From Actinomycetes bacterium (GTDB taxonomy: Bacteria; Actinomycetota; CADDZG01; JAHWKV01), in contig JAJCYE010000031.1 of the NCBI GenBank assembly GCA_029263075.1, positions 5,340 through 69,339 on the forward strand: a stretch of 64,000 nucleotides of DNA. The letters are read 5' to 3'. Below are positions 1 through 11,300 of the stretch, in pieces. Under the pieces are notes generated by a model. It was not told the DNA's origin, made no database searches, and saw only the letters and a list, made by a program, of their open reading frames with translations. Both the position numbers and the translations under genes were made by a program. Position 1 is the stretch's first letter, and every line of letters starts with the position of its first letter.

Positions 1-177
1 CGGGTTTTCGGCGGCGGTGGTGGCGTCAGGACAGATGTCTTTCGAAATCAAATCTTTTACAACTTCCTGCACTGAAAACGGTATCGACCTGTTAAGAATG
101 GATGAACACAACGCTGATACGCCCGAAGGAGGCCCTGGAACGGTTGACAGATCACTAACCCGCCGTGACTCTGAGAT

Positions 178-3100
178 ATGGCCAATAACCAGTACCTAGC
201 TCCACCTAAGTCCCCACCCTTGGCCTTCATAGTCCTAACACCCGCCGGCACGCCCGATGCCAGGCTCGCGATTGCCGCGTGCCGGGCCGGTGCAACGGGC
301 GTCTTGAACCTTGAGTTCACCCAGGACCGGCCAAAAGTTATGCGCGCCCTGAGCACGCTGGCGACCCACGCCGGAGCGTCCTTCGGAGTGATGGTGGACG
401 CCTCCTCCCCCGAACTGCTTCACGCTGTGCTCGAGGCTACGCCGACGGGGCTTGGGACCGTCATCCTGACCAACCCGGCCAGCGTACCCATGGAGGCGGC
501 GGTCCTCGCCGCCCGCAAAGCCGGCAAACGGGTCCTGGTGGTGGTTACGTCTCTCCCGCAGGCCCTGGCCGCGGCTCAGCACCCGGTCGACGGGCTCATC
601 GCCAAAGGCAACGAAGCCGGCGGGTGGGTGGGCGAAGAAACCTCTTTTGTACTGCTCCAGCGGCTGCTCCATTTGGTACGTATCCCCATATTTGCCCAGG
701 GCGGCATCGGGATGCACACCGCGGCGGCGTGTTTTGCCGCAGGAGCGGCCGGCGTTGTGCTCGACAACCAGCTTTTGTTGACCCGAGAGTCGCCGCTCGG
801 CGGCAGAACCCGCTCCCGGGTAGCAACCATGGACGGCAGCGAAACCCAGGCCGTCGGGTCATCGCTGGGCGCCACGTTCCGGGCCTACTCCCGGGGAGAT
901 TCGGCTATGACCGACATCCTCAGTCAGATGGAGGCGGCCGAACTCATCTCACACGACGACCCCACTCAGGCACGCGAAAGCTGGCGAGCGGCCCTCAACC
1001 GTTCGGTTGACTGGGATACGGAAGGAGCACTGTGGCCCGCCGGGCAGGACGCCGCGTTCGCCTCCGGCTTCGCCGGCCGGTACGTCACGGTCGGTGGGGT
1101 GCTCGCCGCGATGCGGGCTTCGGTAGCCGAACACTGCCGGATGGCCAAGGCTCAGATGGCACTGGCAGCCGGTGGTCCCCTGGCAAGCTCACACGGCACG
1201 CACTACCCCATCGTGCAGGGGCCGATGACCCGGGTCAGCGACCGGGCTCCGTTCGCCGCCGCGGTTGCCGAAGCCGGCGCCCTCCCATTCCTGGCCCTGG
1301 CTTTGATGCGTGCCGACGAAATCCGGCCCTTGCTCCGGGAAACCGCCGAACAGATGGGCGGACGCCCGTGGGGCGTCGGCATCCTGGGGTTTGTGCCGCC
1401 GGCGCTGAGAGAAGAACAACTACGGGCGGTCCGGGAGGCCCTACCGCCGTTTGCCCTGATCGCAGGGGGCCAGCCCCACCAGGCGAAGGCCCTGGAAGAC
1501 CTGGGCATAGTCACCTACCTGCACGTCCCCTCGCCCGGACTCCTGCAGATCTACCTGCAGGAAGGAGCGCGCCGGTTTGTTTTTGAAGGGCGGGAGTGCG
1601 GCGGTCATGTCGGACCCCGCACCAGCTTCGTCCTTTGGGAGGCGATGATCGACGTACTCCTGGAGTTCAAAAAGAGCAACCGGGGCGCCGGCGACTTCCA
1701 GGTCCTGTTCGCCGGCGGGATCCACGACGCACTGTCGGCCCAGATGGTGTCCGCCCTGGCGGCGCCGGTAGTGGCTTCAGGGGTGAACATCGGCGTGCTG
1801 CTGGGCACTGCCTACCTGTTCACCGAAGAAGCAGTTGCGTCGGGCGCCATCCAGACCGCCTTCCAAAAAGCGGCGGTGGAGTGCACCGAGACCGTAATCC
1901 TGGCCGCCACGCCCGGCTACGCCACCCGATGCCTGCCCTCGCCGTTCTGCGAGACCTTCGAATCCGAGCGCCGTCGTCTCATCCTGCAGGGGACCCCCTT
2001 GGAGGAGATGAAGCAGGGATTAGAGGAGTTGAATATCGGTCGCCTCCGGATCGCCAGCAAGGGAGTGAACCACAACCCCAAGTTCGGCCACAAGCAGGAC
2101 GAGCCGAAGTTGTTGGGCGTCAAAGCCGAAGACCAGTGGGAACAGGGGATGTACATGATCGGCCAGGTGGCCTCACTCCGGGACCGCACCGTCACCCTTG
2201 CCGAACTTCACGCCGAAGTTTCCGACGGGTGCGCCGCCCTGATACAGGAAATGCGCGAGCCTTCCGGCGACGACGAGTTCTCCAGGCCCCGCACCGACAT
2301 TGCCATCGTCGGGATGTCCTCGATCCTGCCCGGTTCCGCCGACCTGGACGCCTTCTGGGCCAACGTCTTGAACAAGGTCGACGCCATCCGGGAAGTGCCC
2401 GCCGACCGGTGGGACTCCAACCAGTACTTCGACCCGGACCCGGGCGCCGAGGACAAGGTGTATTCCAAGTGGGGCGGATTCATCGACGAGGTGGCATTCG
2501 ACCCGCTCCATTGGGGCATGCCGCCCAGTTCCCTCACCTCGATTGAACCCTTCCAGTTGCTGGCGCTGGAGTTGGTGCGCAGCGCAGTAGAGGACGCCGG
2601 ATATACCCACCGACCCTTCGCCCGGGAACGTACCTCGGTCATCCTGGGCGCCGGAGGCGGCGCGCCGGACCTAACCGCCGGCTACGTTGTCCGATCCAGC
2701 TTGGCCGGCCTCTTCGGATCCGAGATGTCGGCGGAGTTAACCGAACGGCTGGACGGGACTCTTCCCGAATGGACCGAGGACTCGTTCGCCGGGCTTTTGA
2801 TGAACGTCGCCGCCGGGCGGGTGGCCAACCGCTTCGACTTCGGGGGCATCAACTACACCGTGGACGCGGCGTGCGCTTCGTCGCTGGCCGCCGTATACCT
2901 GGGTATCCGCGACCTTCAGGCCCGCACCAGCGACGTGGTTATCGTCGGCGGCGCCGAGGGCATCCAGAACCCGTTCGACTTTTTGTGTTTCGCAAAAACC
3001 CACGCCCTCTCGCCCACCGGCCGATCCCGACCCTTCGACGCCGAGGCCGACGGGATCGCCATCAGCGAGGGCTTCGCCTCCTTGTTTCTCAAGCGCCTGG

Positions 3101-6100
3101 ATGATGCAGAACGGGACGGCGACCGGATCTACGCGGTCATCCGGGGCGCCGGCGCCTCCAGCGACGGCAAAGACAAGGGCCTGACGGCCCCCCGCCCTGA
3201 GGGCCAAATGCGGGCTTTCCGCCGCGCCTACCAGGAGGCTGGGTTCTCACCGGCATCGGTCGGTCTGTTCGAGGCCCACGGCACCGGCACGGTTGCCGGG
3301 GACCAGGCCGAAATCTCGTCGTTGACCCAACTGCTGACCGAAGCCGGGGCCGAACCACAAACCTCCGCCATCGGGTCCGTAAAGTCGATGATCGGCCACA
3401 CCAAAGCCACCGCCGGCGTGGCGGGGTTGGTCAAGATGGCCAAATCTCTGCACCACCGCATCCTTCCTGCCACCCTCGGGGTGGTTACCCCGAACCCCAA
3501 ACTCCGCCAGGAGGGATGCCCCCTCTACGTCAACTCGGAGACCAGGCCGTGGATCCGGGCGGACGACAAAGAACCCCGCCGTGCTGCGGTCAGCGCCTTC
3601 GGCTTCGGCGGCACCAACTTCCACGTGGTGTTGGAGGAGTACGCCGGGGACTACCTGCAGGCCGAAGACCCCTCCATGCACGAGTGGCCCGACGAACTCT
3701 TTTTGTGGCGGGCGGCCAACTCGGCGGACCTGATCTCCTCGGTGGACGAACTCTTGTCCGCTCTGAAGGCCCAGGCACGGCCCCGCCCGGCCGATTTGGC
3801 GTTTACGCTCAGCCTTGCAGCCGGCGACACCCCTGAAGGCGGTTCGGCGCTCGCCATCGTGGCCGGCACCTTGGAGCTTCTAACCGAACGCCTTGTGGCG
3901 GCAAGAGAACTCTTGACCAACAACCCCGGGCGGAACCACCAGGCCCAGGGCATCCACATCTGCAGCGAGCCCTTTGCCGGCCCGGACCGGGTGGCCTTCG
4001 TCTTCCCCGGACAGGGGTCGCAGACGGTCGATATGGGCAAAGACCTGGCGGTCATGTTCCCCGAAGCCCGCGCGGCCCTCGATCGGGCGGATGAAGTGCT
4101 CGCCTCCTATATGGACAGTCCGCTCAGTACCCTCATCTACCCACCGCCGGCCTTCACCGCCGAAGCCAAAAAAGCTCAAGGCGCCGCACTGACCCGCATC
4201 AACGTCGCTCAGCCCGCGCTGGGAGCGGTGGAGGCCGCGATGCTTCGGGTGCTCGAGGGGTTGGGTATCGCCCCCGATATGGCCGCCGGGCACAGCTACG
4301 GCGAGTTCGTCGCCCTGTACGCCGCCGGTTCCATCGACTACCCGACCCTTCTTCGCCTCTCGGAGGCGCGGGGCCGGTTCATGGCGGAGGCGTCCGAGGG
4401 CCGTGACGGCGCAATGGCGGCCGTGATTGCGCCCGCCTCCCAGCTTGCCCCCCTGGTCGGGGACCCGGATCTGGTTCTTGCCAACCTGAACTCGCCGAAG
4501 CAGACCGTTATCTCAGGGCCGGCGGCCTCGGTTGAGCGGGCCATCGGGTGGTGCGATCAAAACGGGGTCAAATCCCGCCGGCTTGCGGTTGCAGGCGCCT
4601 TCCATTCGCCGCTGGTGGCATCAGCACAGGAGCGGCTGGCCGAAATCCTTGAGCACAGTCCACTGTCGCCGCCCACCCTTCCCGTCTTCTCCAATACAAC
4701 CGGAACCCGCTATCCGGAAAGCGTAAAAGAGATGTCGGACCTGCTGGCGGGCCACCTTGCCCGGCCGGTCCGGTTCATCGACGAAATCGACGCCATGTAC
4801 ACATCCGGTGCTCGGATCTTCTTGGAGGTCGGCCCGCGCAACGTCCTCACCGGGCTGATCCGGCAGATCCTCGGCGACCGTCCCCACCTGGCGATCCCGC
4901 TGGACACCCCCGGGCGGGGCGGGCTTACCTCGTTGCTCAACGTTGCCGGCGCGCTCTTCGTGGAAAGGGTCGGGGTCGACCGGGATCGGCTGTTCCGGGG
5001 CAGGGCGTTGCGCAAGCTGGATCTAGCCCGGCTCAAGGAGGAGACCGGCAAGCCGGTTTACTCCCCCACCACCTGGATGGTGAGCGGGGCCGGTGTACGC
5101 CCTGCCGGTCGGCCGCGCAAGCAGGCGGTGCTACCGGTTCCGATATCACTTACCGAAAACGGGGTCCCCCTTCCCCAGGTCCCGGCATTTCAGCCCACGA
5201 CCCCCCTCCCCCGGCCGGACCGGGCCGGCGAGGTGGCCGCCCGGCCAACGCCGGCGGCGCCGGAAGGCGAAAGTGTCGTCGACCATTTCCAACGGGTTAT
5301 GCAGCGCTTCCTCAAGGTCCAGGAGTCGGTCATGCTCGCCGCCTTGAGCGGCAACCCGGTCCCGGCCGCAGGACCGGCCCCGCAAATCCCGGTTTCGCCC
5401 ATGGCTCCCACACCCGAAGCCGCACCGGAACCGGCCCCCGCTGCGGTCGAGGATGCGCCCGTTCCGGCCCCCGCGCCGGATGTGGCCGACGCCGGCGTGA
5501 CCCTGCCGGCAATGAACCGGGAGCAGATCACCGCCCAGCTTCTTTCCATCGTCAGCGAACGGACGGGGTACCCGGTGGAGACCCTGTCCCTGGAAGCGGA
5601 TCTGGAGGCGGACCTCGGCGTAGATTCCATCAAACGGGTGGAGATCGCCGGGGCAATCAACCAGGTCATCGCCGGCCACTTCGCAGAGTCGGTGGAGTTG
5701 GAGTTGTTGACCGGGGCCAAAACCCTCCGGGGGATGATCGACGAGCTCGACACGTTTGCCAAAAATCGGGTGGGCGAACAACCCGCGGCAGCACAGGCAG
5801 CGGCCAAAGACCCCGAGGTGGTACCGGCCGGGGCGGGGACGGTGGAGCGGTTCACAGTCCTGGCGGCGCCGGCTCCGCCGGTCACGAGGTCGGCCGGGCT
5901 GAACCCCGACGGGATAGTGGTGATCCTGGACGACAATCTCGGCGTCGCAGAGAGGCTCGCTGAGACGCTGAAGGAGTTGGGGCTGCGGTCCCTGCGCCTG
6001 GGGCTTGCCGGGTTGACCCCGAGCGAAATTACGGGTTACCTCACCCACAACATCGACCAGATGCACGCCGGCGGGACGGCATCCGCGCTGGTGGACCTGA

Positions 6101-8340
6101 GGTCCCTGGGTTCGGCAAAGGCACCCACCGCGGGAGATATCGAGACCTTCTTCGACCTGGCCAAGGCCCTCAGGCAGGACCTGATGGCGGCGGCGGAAAA
6201 GGGGGGCGCCGCCGTTGTCGGCACGACAAGCCTGGACGGTCACCTTGGGTTAACCGGACAGTTCGACTATCCGAACCACGCCTGGAACGCGGGCTTCCTC
6301 AAGTCGCTCGCCAAGGAGTGGCAGCCGGTCCGCGCCAAGAGTTTGGACATCAAGTCAACCGACGCGGCGACGATTTGTGGAATCGTTCTCTCGGAGTTGT
6401 TCACCGGCGACCCGACGGTGGAGGTGGGCTACGGCGCCGACGGGCTGCGGCGGACCGCCAAGATGAGACGAGCGCCGCTCGCTCCGGCGGGGTCCGAGGT
6501 CTTCCTTGACCCGGCTTCGGTGATCCTGGTCACCGGCGGCGCACGGGGCATCACCGCGGAGTCCGCACTCGCCCTGGCGCTTGAGAGGCGCTGCCGGTTG
6601 GTTCTGGTCGGGCGGACCGCCGTCCCACCGGAGGCCGAGGCGCCCCCAACCGCTGGGCTTACCGATGAACGGGAACTGAAGAAGGCCATATTCGAGGAGC
6701 TCGCGGCGGGCGGCAGCACCCCCAGGCCGGTGGAGATTCAATCCCGCTACTCCCGGTTGATGCGTGAACGGCAGGTCCGGGACAGCCTGGAACGCTTCGC
6801 CTCCGCCGGCGTTAACTTCACATACCTGAATTGCGACGTCTCCGACGCCGCCGCTTTCGCAGCGCTACTGGACGAGGTCTACCAGCGGTTCGGGAGGATC
6901 GACGGCGTCATCCACGGAGCCGGGGTGATCGAGGACCGCCTGCTTGAGGACAAGACGTTCGACTCGTTCCTTCGGGTATTCCAGACCAAAGTGACCGCGG
7001 CCAACATTCTCGCGGCGAAACTACGGCCCCAGACCCTGAAGTTCCTGGTCTTTTTCAGCTCGGTCTCCGGCCGGTTCGGAAACCGGGGACAGGCCGACTA
7101 CGCTTCGGCCAACGAGGTCTTGAACAAGCTGGCCCAGAAGCTGGACCGGGCGTGGCCCGGTCGGGTGGTGGCAATCAACTGGGGGCCCTGGCACACCACC
7201 GGGATGGTGACGGAAGAAGCCAAGCGACAGTTTGCATCCCAGGGTGTCGGCCACATCCCTGTTGACGTCGGGGCACGCATGATGATCGAGGAGATCAACG
7301 CAGGAAGCGCCGCCCCGGCAGAGGTCGTGATCGCCGACCTGGGACCGGCCGCCGAGCAGTTCCTCGATAACGCCGAGGAACCCGGCTTCCGAGCTGATGC
7401 TCTACCCCAAACGGTGCAGCCGGCCCTGCGTCCGCTCGTGGCCGGCGCTCGACTGGAGCCATTCGCGTCCGGACTTCGGGTGAACCGGACTTTCGACCCG
7501 GACCAGGACCTATACCTTGCCGATCACGTGCTGGACGGCAAGCCGGTAGTCCCCTTTGCGGTGGCCATGGAACTCATGGCCGAGGTGGCGCTGGCGGGCT
7601 GGCCCGAGATGGGGATCGTCGAGATCCACGACATCCGGGTGCTGAGCGGTCTTGTTATAGATTCGGCCCGGCGCGAAGTGACCGTGGAAGCTCGGGAGCT
7701 TCCCGCCAACAACGGCGGAGCCCTTCGGGTGCGGGTCGCCGTGGGTTCCGGGGGCGAGCGGGGGCGGATCCACTACAGTTCGGTCGTCGATTTACTCCCC
7801 CTGCACCTGATCGACGCTCTTCCGAGACTGGGCAACGGGCACTTCAAACCCCTTGAGGACGCCGAACAACACCCGTGGGGAATGAGGCGCACCTACGACG
7901 AGTGGCTGTTCCACGGCCCCATCTTCGAGGCGATCCAGGGCGTTGATGGGATGTCCCCCCTTGGCGCTTCCGGTCACATGCGCACTTCGGCGCCGTCCCA
8001 ATGCCTGGCCGGTGAGCCATCCGGGACCTGGATCGTCGACCCGATCCTGGTGGACGCCGCGTTCCAGCTACAGGTCCTATGGGCCCGCAAGCACTGGGAC
8101 ATGACAATCCTCCCCGCGAGCGTCGGCTCATGGCACCCGACTCCTAACCTGGACCTGGGGCGCTTCGCCTCCAGCAGCATCGCCTGCGAGTTACGGATCC
8201 GTCCGGAGAGCGCCGAGCCCATCAGCCACACCGACTTTGCTTTCTATGGACCGGACGGGCGGATCCTGGCAACAATCAGCGATTTTCAAGCGACCGGGAG
8301 CCGGGCACTCAACCGCCTCTCCACCAGGAGGACAACGTGA
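178..8340 (+). CDS. Pfa/HglE-like iterative type I PKS/FAS megasynthase (ER-like, PfaD-type ER, KS, AT, ACP, KR, DH)
   Basis: 2720-aa ORF. Domain order was read from motifs. NMO/PfaD-like TIM barrel 1 covers aa ~15-215 (EAGGW, nt 613-627). The PfaD-type enoyl reductase has GPMTRVSD (nt 1219-1242) and ECGGH (His codon 1606-1608). KS has DAACASS (Cys codon 2872-2874), HGTGT and GHT. AT has GHSYGE (Ser codon 4294-4296) and GAFHS. A P/A-rich linker precedes the ACP, LGVDSIKRVE (Ser codon 5626-5628). KR has VTGGARGIT and a catalytic Tyr at codon 7099-7101. The PKS-type DH has HVLDGKPVVP (His codon 7525-7527) and DAAFQ. No clear SD precedes ATG 178, so the start is somewhat uncertain. Confidence 0.92.
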   Translation: MANNQYLAPPKSPPLAFIVLTPAGTPDARLAIAACRAGATGVLNLEFTQDRPKVMRALSTLATHAGASFGVMVDASSPELLHAVLEATPTGLGTVILTNPASVPMEAAVLAARKAGKRVLVVVTSLPQALAAAQHPVDGLIAKGNEAGGWVGEETSFVLLQRLLHLVRIPIFAQGGIGMHTAAACFAAGAAGVVLDNQLLLTRESPLGGRTRSRVATMDGSETQAVGSSLGATFRAYSRGDSAMTDILSQMEAAELISHDDPTQARESWRAALNRSVDWDTEGALWPAGQDAAFASGFAGRYVTVGGVLAAMRASVAEHCRMAKAQMALAAGGPLASSHGTHYPIVQGPMTRVSDRAPFAAAVAEAGALPFLALALMRADEIRPLLRETAEQMGGRPWGVGILGFVPPALREEQLRAVREALPPFALIAGGQPHQAKALEDLGIVTYLHVPSPGLLQIYLQEGARRFVFEGRECGGHVGPRTSFVLWEAMIDVLLEFKKSNRGAGDFQVLFAGGIHDALSAQMVSALAAPVVASGVNIGVLLGTAYLFTEEAVASGAIQTAFQKAAVECTETVILAATPGYATRCLPSPFCETFESERRRLILQGTPLEEMKQGLEELNIGRLRIASKGVNHNPKFGHKQDEPKLLGVKAEDQWEQGMYMIGQVASLRDRTVTLAELHAEVSDGCAALIQEMREPSGDDEFSRPRTDIAIVGMSSILPGSADLDAFWANVLNKVDAIREVPADRWDSNQYFDPDPGAEDKVYSKWGGFIDEVAFDPLHWGMPPSSLTSIEPFQLLALELVRSAVEDAGYTHRPFARERTSVILGAGGGAPDLTAGYVVRSSLAGLFGSEMSAELTERLDGTLPEWTEDSFAGLLMNVAAGRVANRFDFGGINYTVDAACASSLAAVYLGIRDLQARTSDVVIVGGAEGIQNPFDFLCFAKTHALSPTGRSRPFDAEADGIAISEGFASLFLKRLDDAERDGDRIYAVIRGAGASSDGKDKGLTAPRPEGQMRAFRRAYQEAGFSPASVGLFEAHGTGTVAGDQAEISSLTQLLTEAGAEPQTSAIGSVKSMIGHTKATAGVAGLVKMAKSLHHRILPATLGVVTPNPKLRQEGCPLYVNSETRPWIRADDKEPRRAAVSAFGFGGTNFHVVLEEYAGDYLQAEDPSMHEWPDELFLWRAANSADLISSVDELLSALKAQARPRPADLAFTLSLAAGDTPEGGSALAIVAGTLELLTERLVAARELLTNNPGRNHQAQGIHICSEPFAGPDRVAFVFPGQGSQTVDMGKDLAVMFPEARAALDRADEVLASYMDSPLSTLIYPPPAFTAEAKKAQGAALTRINVAQPALGAVEAAMLRVLEGLGIAPDMAAGHSYGEFVALYAAGSIDYPTLLRLSEARGRFMAEASEGRDGAMAAVIAPASQLAPLVGDPDLVLANLNSPKQTVISGPAASVERAIGWCDQNGVKSRRLAVAGAFHSPLVASAQERLAEILEHSPLSPPTLPVFSNTTGTRYPESVKEMSDLLAGHLARPVRFIDEIDAMYTSGARIFLEVGPRNVLTGLIRQILGDRPHLAIPLDTPGRGGLTSLLNVAGALFVERVGVDRDRLFRGRALRKLDLARLKEETGKPVYSPTTWMVSGAGVRPAGRPRKQAVLPVPISLTENGVPLPQVPAFQPTTPLPRPDRAGEVAARPTPAAPEGESVVDHFQRVMQRFLKVQESVMLAALSGNPVPAAGPAPQIPVSPMAPTPEAAPEPAPAAVEDAPVPAPAPDVADAGVTLPAMNREQITAQLLSIVSERTGYPVETLSLEADLEADLGVDSIKRVEIAGAINQVIAGHFAESVELELLTGAKTLRGMIDELDTFAKNRVGEQPAAAQAAAKDPEVVPAGAGTVERFTVLAAPAPPVTRSAGLNPDGIVVILDDNLGVAERLAETLKELGLRSLRLGLAGLTPSEITGYLTHNIDQMHAGGTASALVDLRSLGSAKAPTAGDIETFFDLAKALRQDLMAAAEKGGAAVVGTTSLDGHLGLTGQFDYPNHAWNAGFLKSLAKEWQPVRAKSLDIKSTDAATICGIVLSELFTGDPTVEVGYGADGLRRTAKMRRAPLAPAGSEVFLDPASVILVTGGARGITAESALALALERRCRLVLVGRTAVPPEAEAPPTAGLTDERELKKAIFEELAAGGSTPRPVEIQSRYSRLMRERQVRDSLERFASAGVNFTYLNCDVSDAAAFAALLDEVYQRFGRIDGVIHGAGVIEDRLLEDKTFDSFLRVFQTKVTAANILAAKLRPQTLKFLVFFSSVSGRFGNRGQADYASANEVLNKLAQKLDRAWPGRVVAINWGPWHTTGMVTEEAKRQFASQGVGHIPVDVGARMMIEEINAGSAAPAEVVIADLGPAAEQFLDNAEEPGFRADALPQTVQPALRPLVAGARLEPFASGLRVNRTFDPDQDLYLADHVLDGKPVVPFAVAMELMAEVALAGWPEMGIVEIHDIRVLSGLVIDSARREVTVEARELPANNGGALRVRVAVGSGGERGRIHYSSVVDLLPLHLIDALPRLGNGHFKPLEDAEQHPWGMRRTYDEWLFHGPIFEAIQGVDGMSPLGASGHMRTSAPSQCLAGEPSGTWIVDPILVDAAFQLQVLWARKHWDMTILPASVGSWHPTPNLDLGRFASSSIACELRIRPESAEPISHTDFAFYGPDGRILATISDFQATGSRALNRLSTRRTT

Positions 8341-11300
8341 GTAGCCGCGATATTGCAATCATCGGGATGTCTTGCCTGTTTCCCCAGGCACCGGGCGTCG
8401 ATACCTATTGGAGCAACATCGTCGGCAAAGTAGACGCCGTGACCGACCCTCCGCCCGAGTCCTGGGACCCCGACCTGTACTACGATCCCGACTCCACCGA
8501 GGCCGACCGGATCTACTGCAAAAAGGGTGGGTACCTGGGCGACCTCACGCGCTTCGACGCCCTGGCCAACAGTGTCCCTCCGAATGCCGTCGGCGGGGAG
8601 CCCGACCAGTGGCTCGCCCTCCAGCTTGCCCGGGACGCCTTGAACGACGCCGGCTACCCCGAGCCGGAGGAGTCGATTCGCCACCGGACCGCAGTGATCC
8701 TCGGCCGGGGCGCCACCTTCAACGGCGGGACCGCGATCTCGGTCCAGCACTCCCTGGTGATCACCCAGACGCTCAAGATTTTGAAGTCGCTCCACCCCGA
8801 CTACAGCGACGCCCAGATGGAGGCCCTCCGTGAAGGGCTGAGGAGCAACCTGCCGACCATGGGGTCGGAGATCGTTCCAGGACTGGTCCCCAACATAGTC
8901 GCCGGTCGGATCTCCAACCGGCTCGATCTGATGGGTCCCAGCTACACCATCGACGCGGCGTGTGCGTCCTCGTTGGTGGCAGTTCAAAACGGGGTGCGCG
9001 ACCTGATCACCGGTGACTGCGACCTGGTGCTCGCGGGAGGTGCTCAGATCTGGACACCGATGCCCATCCTGAGCGTGTTCTGCCAGCTCAATGCACTGTC
9101 CCACCGCCAGCAGATCCGCCCGTTCGACAAAGATGCCGACGGGACGATCCTTGGCGAAGGGGTGGGCATGATCGTCTTGAAGCGTCTGGAGGACGCCGAA
9201 CGGGACAACGACCGAATCTACGCCGTGATCACCGGGGTGGCCGTAGCCAGCGACGGCAAGGGTTTGGGTCTGATGGCGCCTCGGCTTGAGGGCGAAGAAC
9301 TGGCCATACGCCGAGCCTACGAGGACGCGGGCATCTCTGCGGACACCATCGGACTCATTGAGGCGCACGGTACGGGCACGACCCTGGGCGACCTGACCGA
9401 GGTCCAAGCGCTCTCCCGGGTTTTTGGACCCCGAACCGGACGGTTGCCGTCGGTCGCTCTGGGTACAGTCAAATCGATGATCAGCCACACGGTGCCGGCG
9501 GCCGGAGTTGCGGGAATCATCAAGGCCGCCCTTGCCCTGCATTTTAAAGTGCTGCCGCCTACCCTCAACTGCGACGAGCCGAATCCCAAGTTCGAGCTGG
9601 AGAAGACACCCTTCTACATCAGCACCGAGACCCGACCCTGGATCCACGGCGGCGCCGAGCCGCGCCGGGCGGGGGTTAGCGCCTTCGGATTCGGAGGGGT
9701 CGACTCCCACCTGGTGCTTGAGGAGTACCTGCCCAGCGAGAGCCGGGCCCTGACCGAGGGCGATCCGCCCGAAGTCCTCACGGTGCACCGGCCGCCCTGG
9801 GACAGCGAGGTGGCGGTCTTCCATGCAGACTCCCGCAGTGGCCTTATTGAACGGGTCCAGTCCGTCGGGGCTTGGGTGTCCTCCCTGCCCGAAGCGTCCG
9901 GGGTGTCGCTGGAGGACCTTGCTTTTACGCTGGCCGGCCAGTTCCAGCCAACACCGAAGGCGATGCGAGCGGCAATCATCGCCACCTCCCTCGCCGACTT
10001 GAAACTGAAGATCGACCGGTTGGTGGACCGCCTATCGGACCCGGTGTGTACCCGGATCCAGGACCGGTCCGGCATCTACTTCTACGCTGAACCCCTGGCC
10101 GCAACCGGCAAAGTGGCGTTCCTTTTCCCCGGCGAAGGCTCCCAGTACCCCAACATGCTGGCCGACCTCTGCATGCACTTCCCCGAGGTAAGACGAGCAT
10201 TCGACGCAATGGACGAGGTGTACCGGGAGTGTGGCAGGCCCAACCGGCTGAGCGATTTCATATTCCCCCGCCCCACCTTCAACGCCGATGAGCGCCAGTG
10301 GGTGGATAGCCAACTGTGGGACATGGACGTTGCACCGGCCGCGGTTCTGACCGCCAACGAAGGCCTCCTCAAGATCGTCGAAGGGCTACAGGTCAAGCCC
10401 GACGTGGTGATGGGCCACTCGAGCGGCGAGTGGGCGGCCCTGCGGGCCGCCGGCGTGTTCGGAACGTCGGCGGAACAACGCAACCGCTGGATCGCCGGCG
10501 AGTTGCTGGACGTGTACCGGGAGACCATCGACCTGGACAACATCCCCCGTTCCAGCCTCCTCGCGATTGGCGCCGATCGGACGATCGTTGCCGAGATCGT
10601 CTCCGAAGTCGGCGCCGACGTGCGTATCGCAATGGATAACTGCCCCCACCAGGTGGTGGTCGCAACCGCACCGGAAACCGCCGACCTGGTTCTCGCGGCC
10701 GCCCGGAGGCGCAGCCTGGTGGTGGAGACCCTGGAGTTCGACCGGCCCTACCACACTCCCCTGTTCGCCCCGTACTCCAGGCGGCTCGCCGAAGCCCTCG
10801 GCCCCCTGGATTTCGCCCGGCCCAACCTCCCGGTCATCTCATGCGCCACCGGCCGGGAGTTTCCCGCCGACTCCGATTCCATCAAGAGCCTGGCCTGCGA
10901 ACAGTGGGTCAAGCCGGTCAGGTTCCGCCAGGCCATTGAGGACCTGCATCAGCAGGGGGTCAGGTTCTTCATCGAGGTCGGGCCTCGCGGCAACCTCTCC
11001 GCTTTCGTTGAAGACATCCTTCGCGGCCGCAAGTCTTGCATCGTCCCGGCCGACCAGATGCGACGTAGCGGCACCAGCCAACTCAACCACCTGGCCGGAA
11101 TGCTCACCGCCCACGGCATGGACCTGAATCTCAAGTACCTGTACCGCTGGCGCCGCCCAAAGCTCCTCGACCTGTCGGCTGCTGCGGATGAAGCCAAGGC
11201 TGCCCCCGCTCTCCTGCAAACCCAGTTTCCCGAGATGCTGGTGCCCGAGGAGCTTGCCGCCGAACTCCGTTCCCACCGAGCGGAGTCGCCGCAGCCGGTT

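Noticed and set aside
144-177. TTGACA hexamer (144-149) upstream of PKS1 as a sigma-70-type promoter / leaderless start
   Set aside because: No acceptable -10 (TAnnnT) lies at 16-19 nt spacing. TGAGAT at 172-177 is 22 nt away and abuts the ATG. A single -35-like hexamer is not enough evidence, and the real promoter may lie upstream of the window.
5146-6243. 365-aa ORF on the minus strand inside PKS1
   Set aside because: It is antisense to the ACP/KR-linker region, has low-complexity Arg/Gly/Pro composition and carries no motifs. It is a shadow ORF.
8286-9824. 512-aa ORF on the minus strand
   Set aside because: It lies entirely antisense to the KS domain of PKS2. It is Arg/Gly/Pro/Val-rich with no recognisable motif, which is the typical shadow ORF of high-GC DNA. 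The sense frame carries unmistakable KS motifs.
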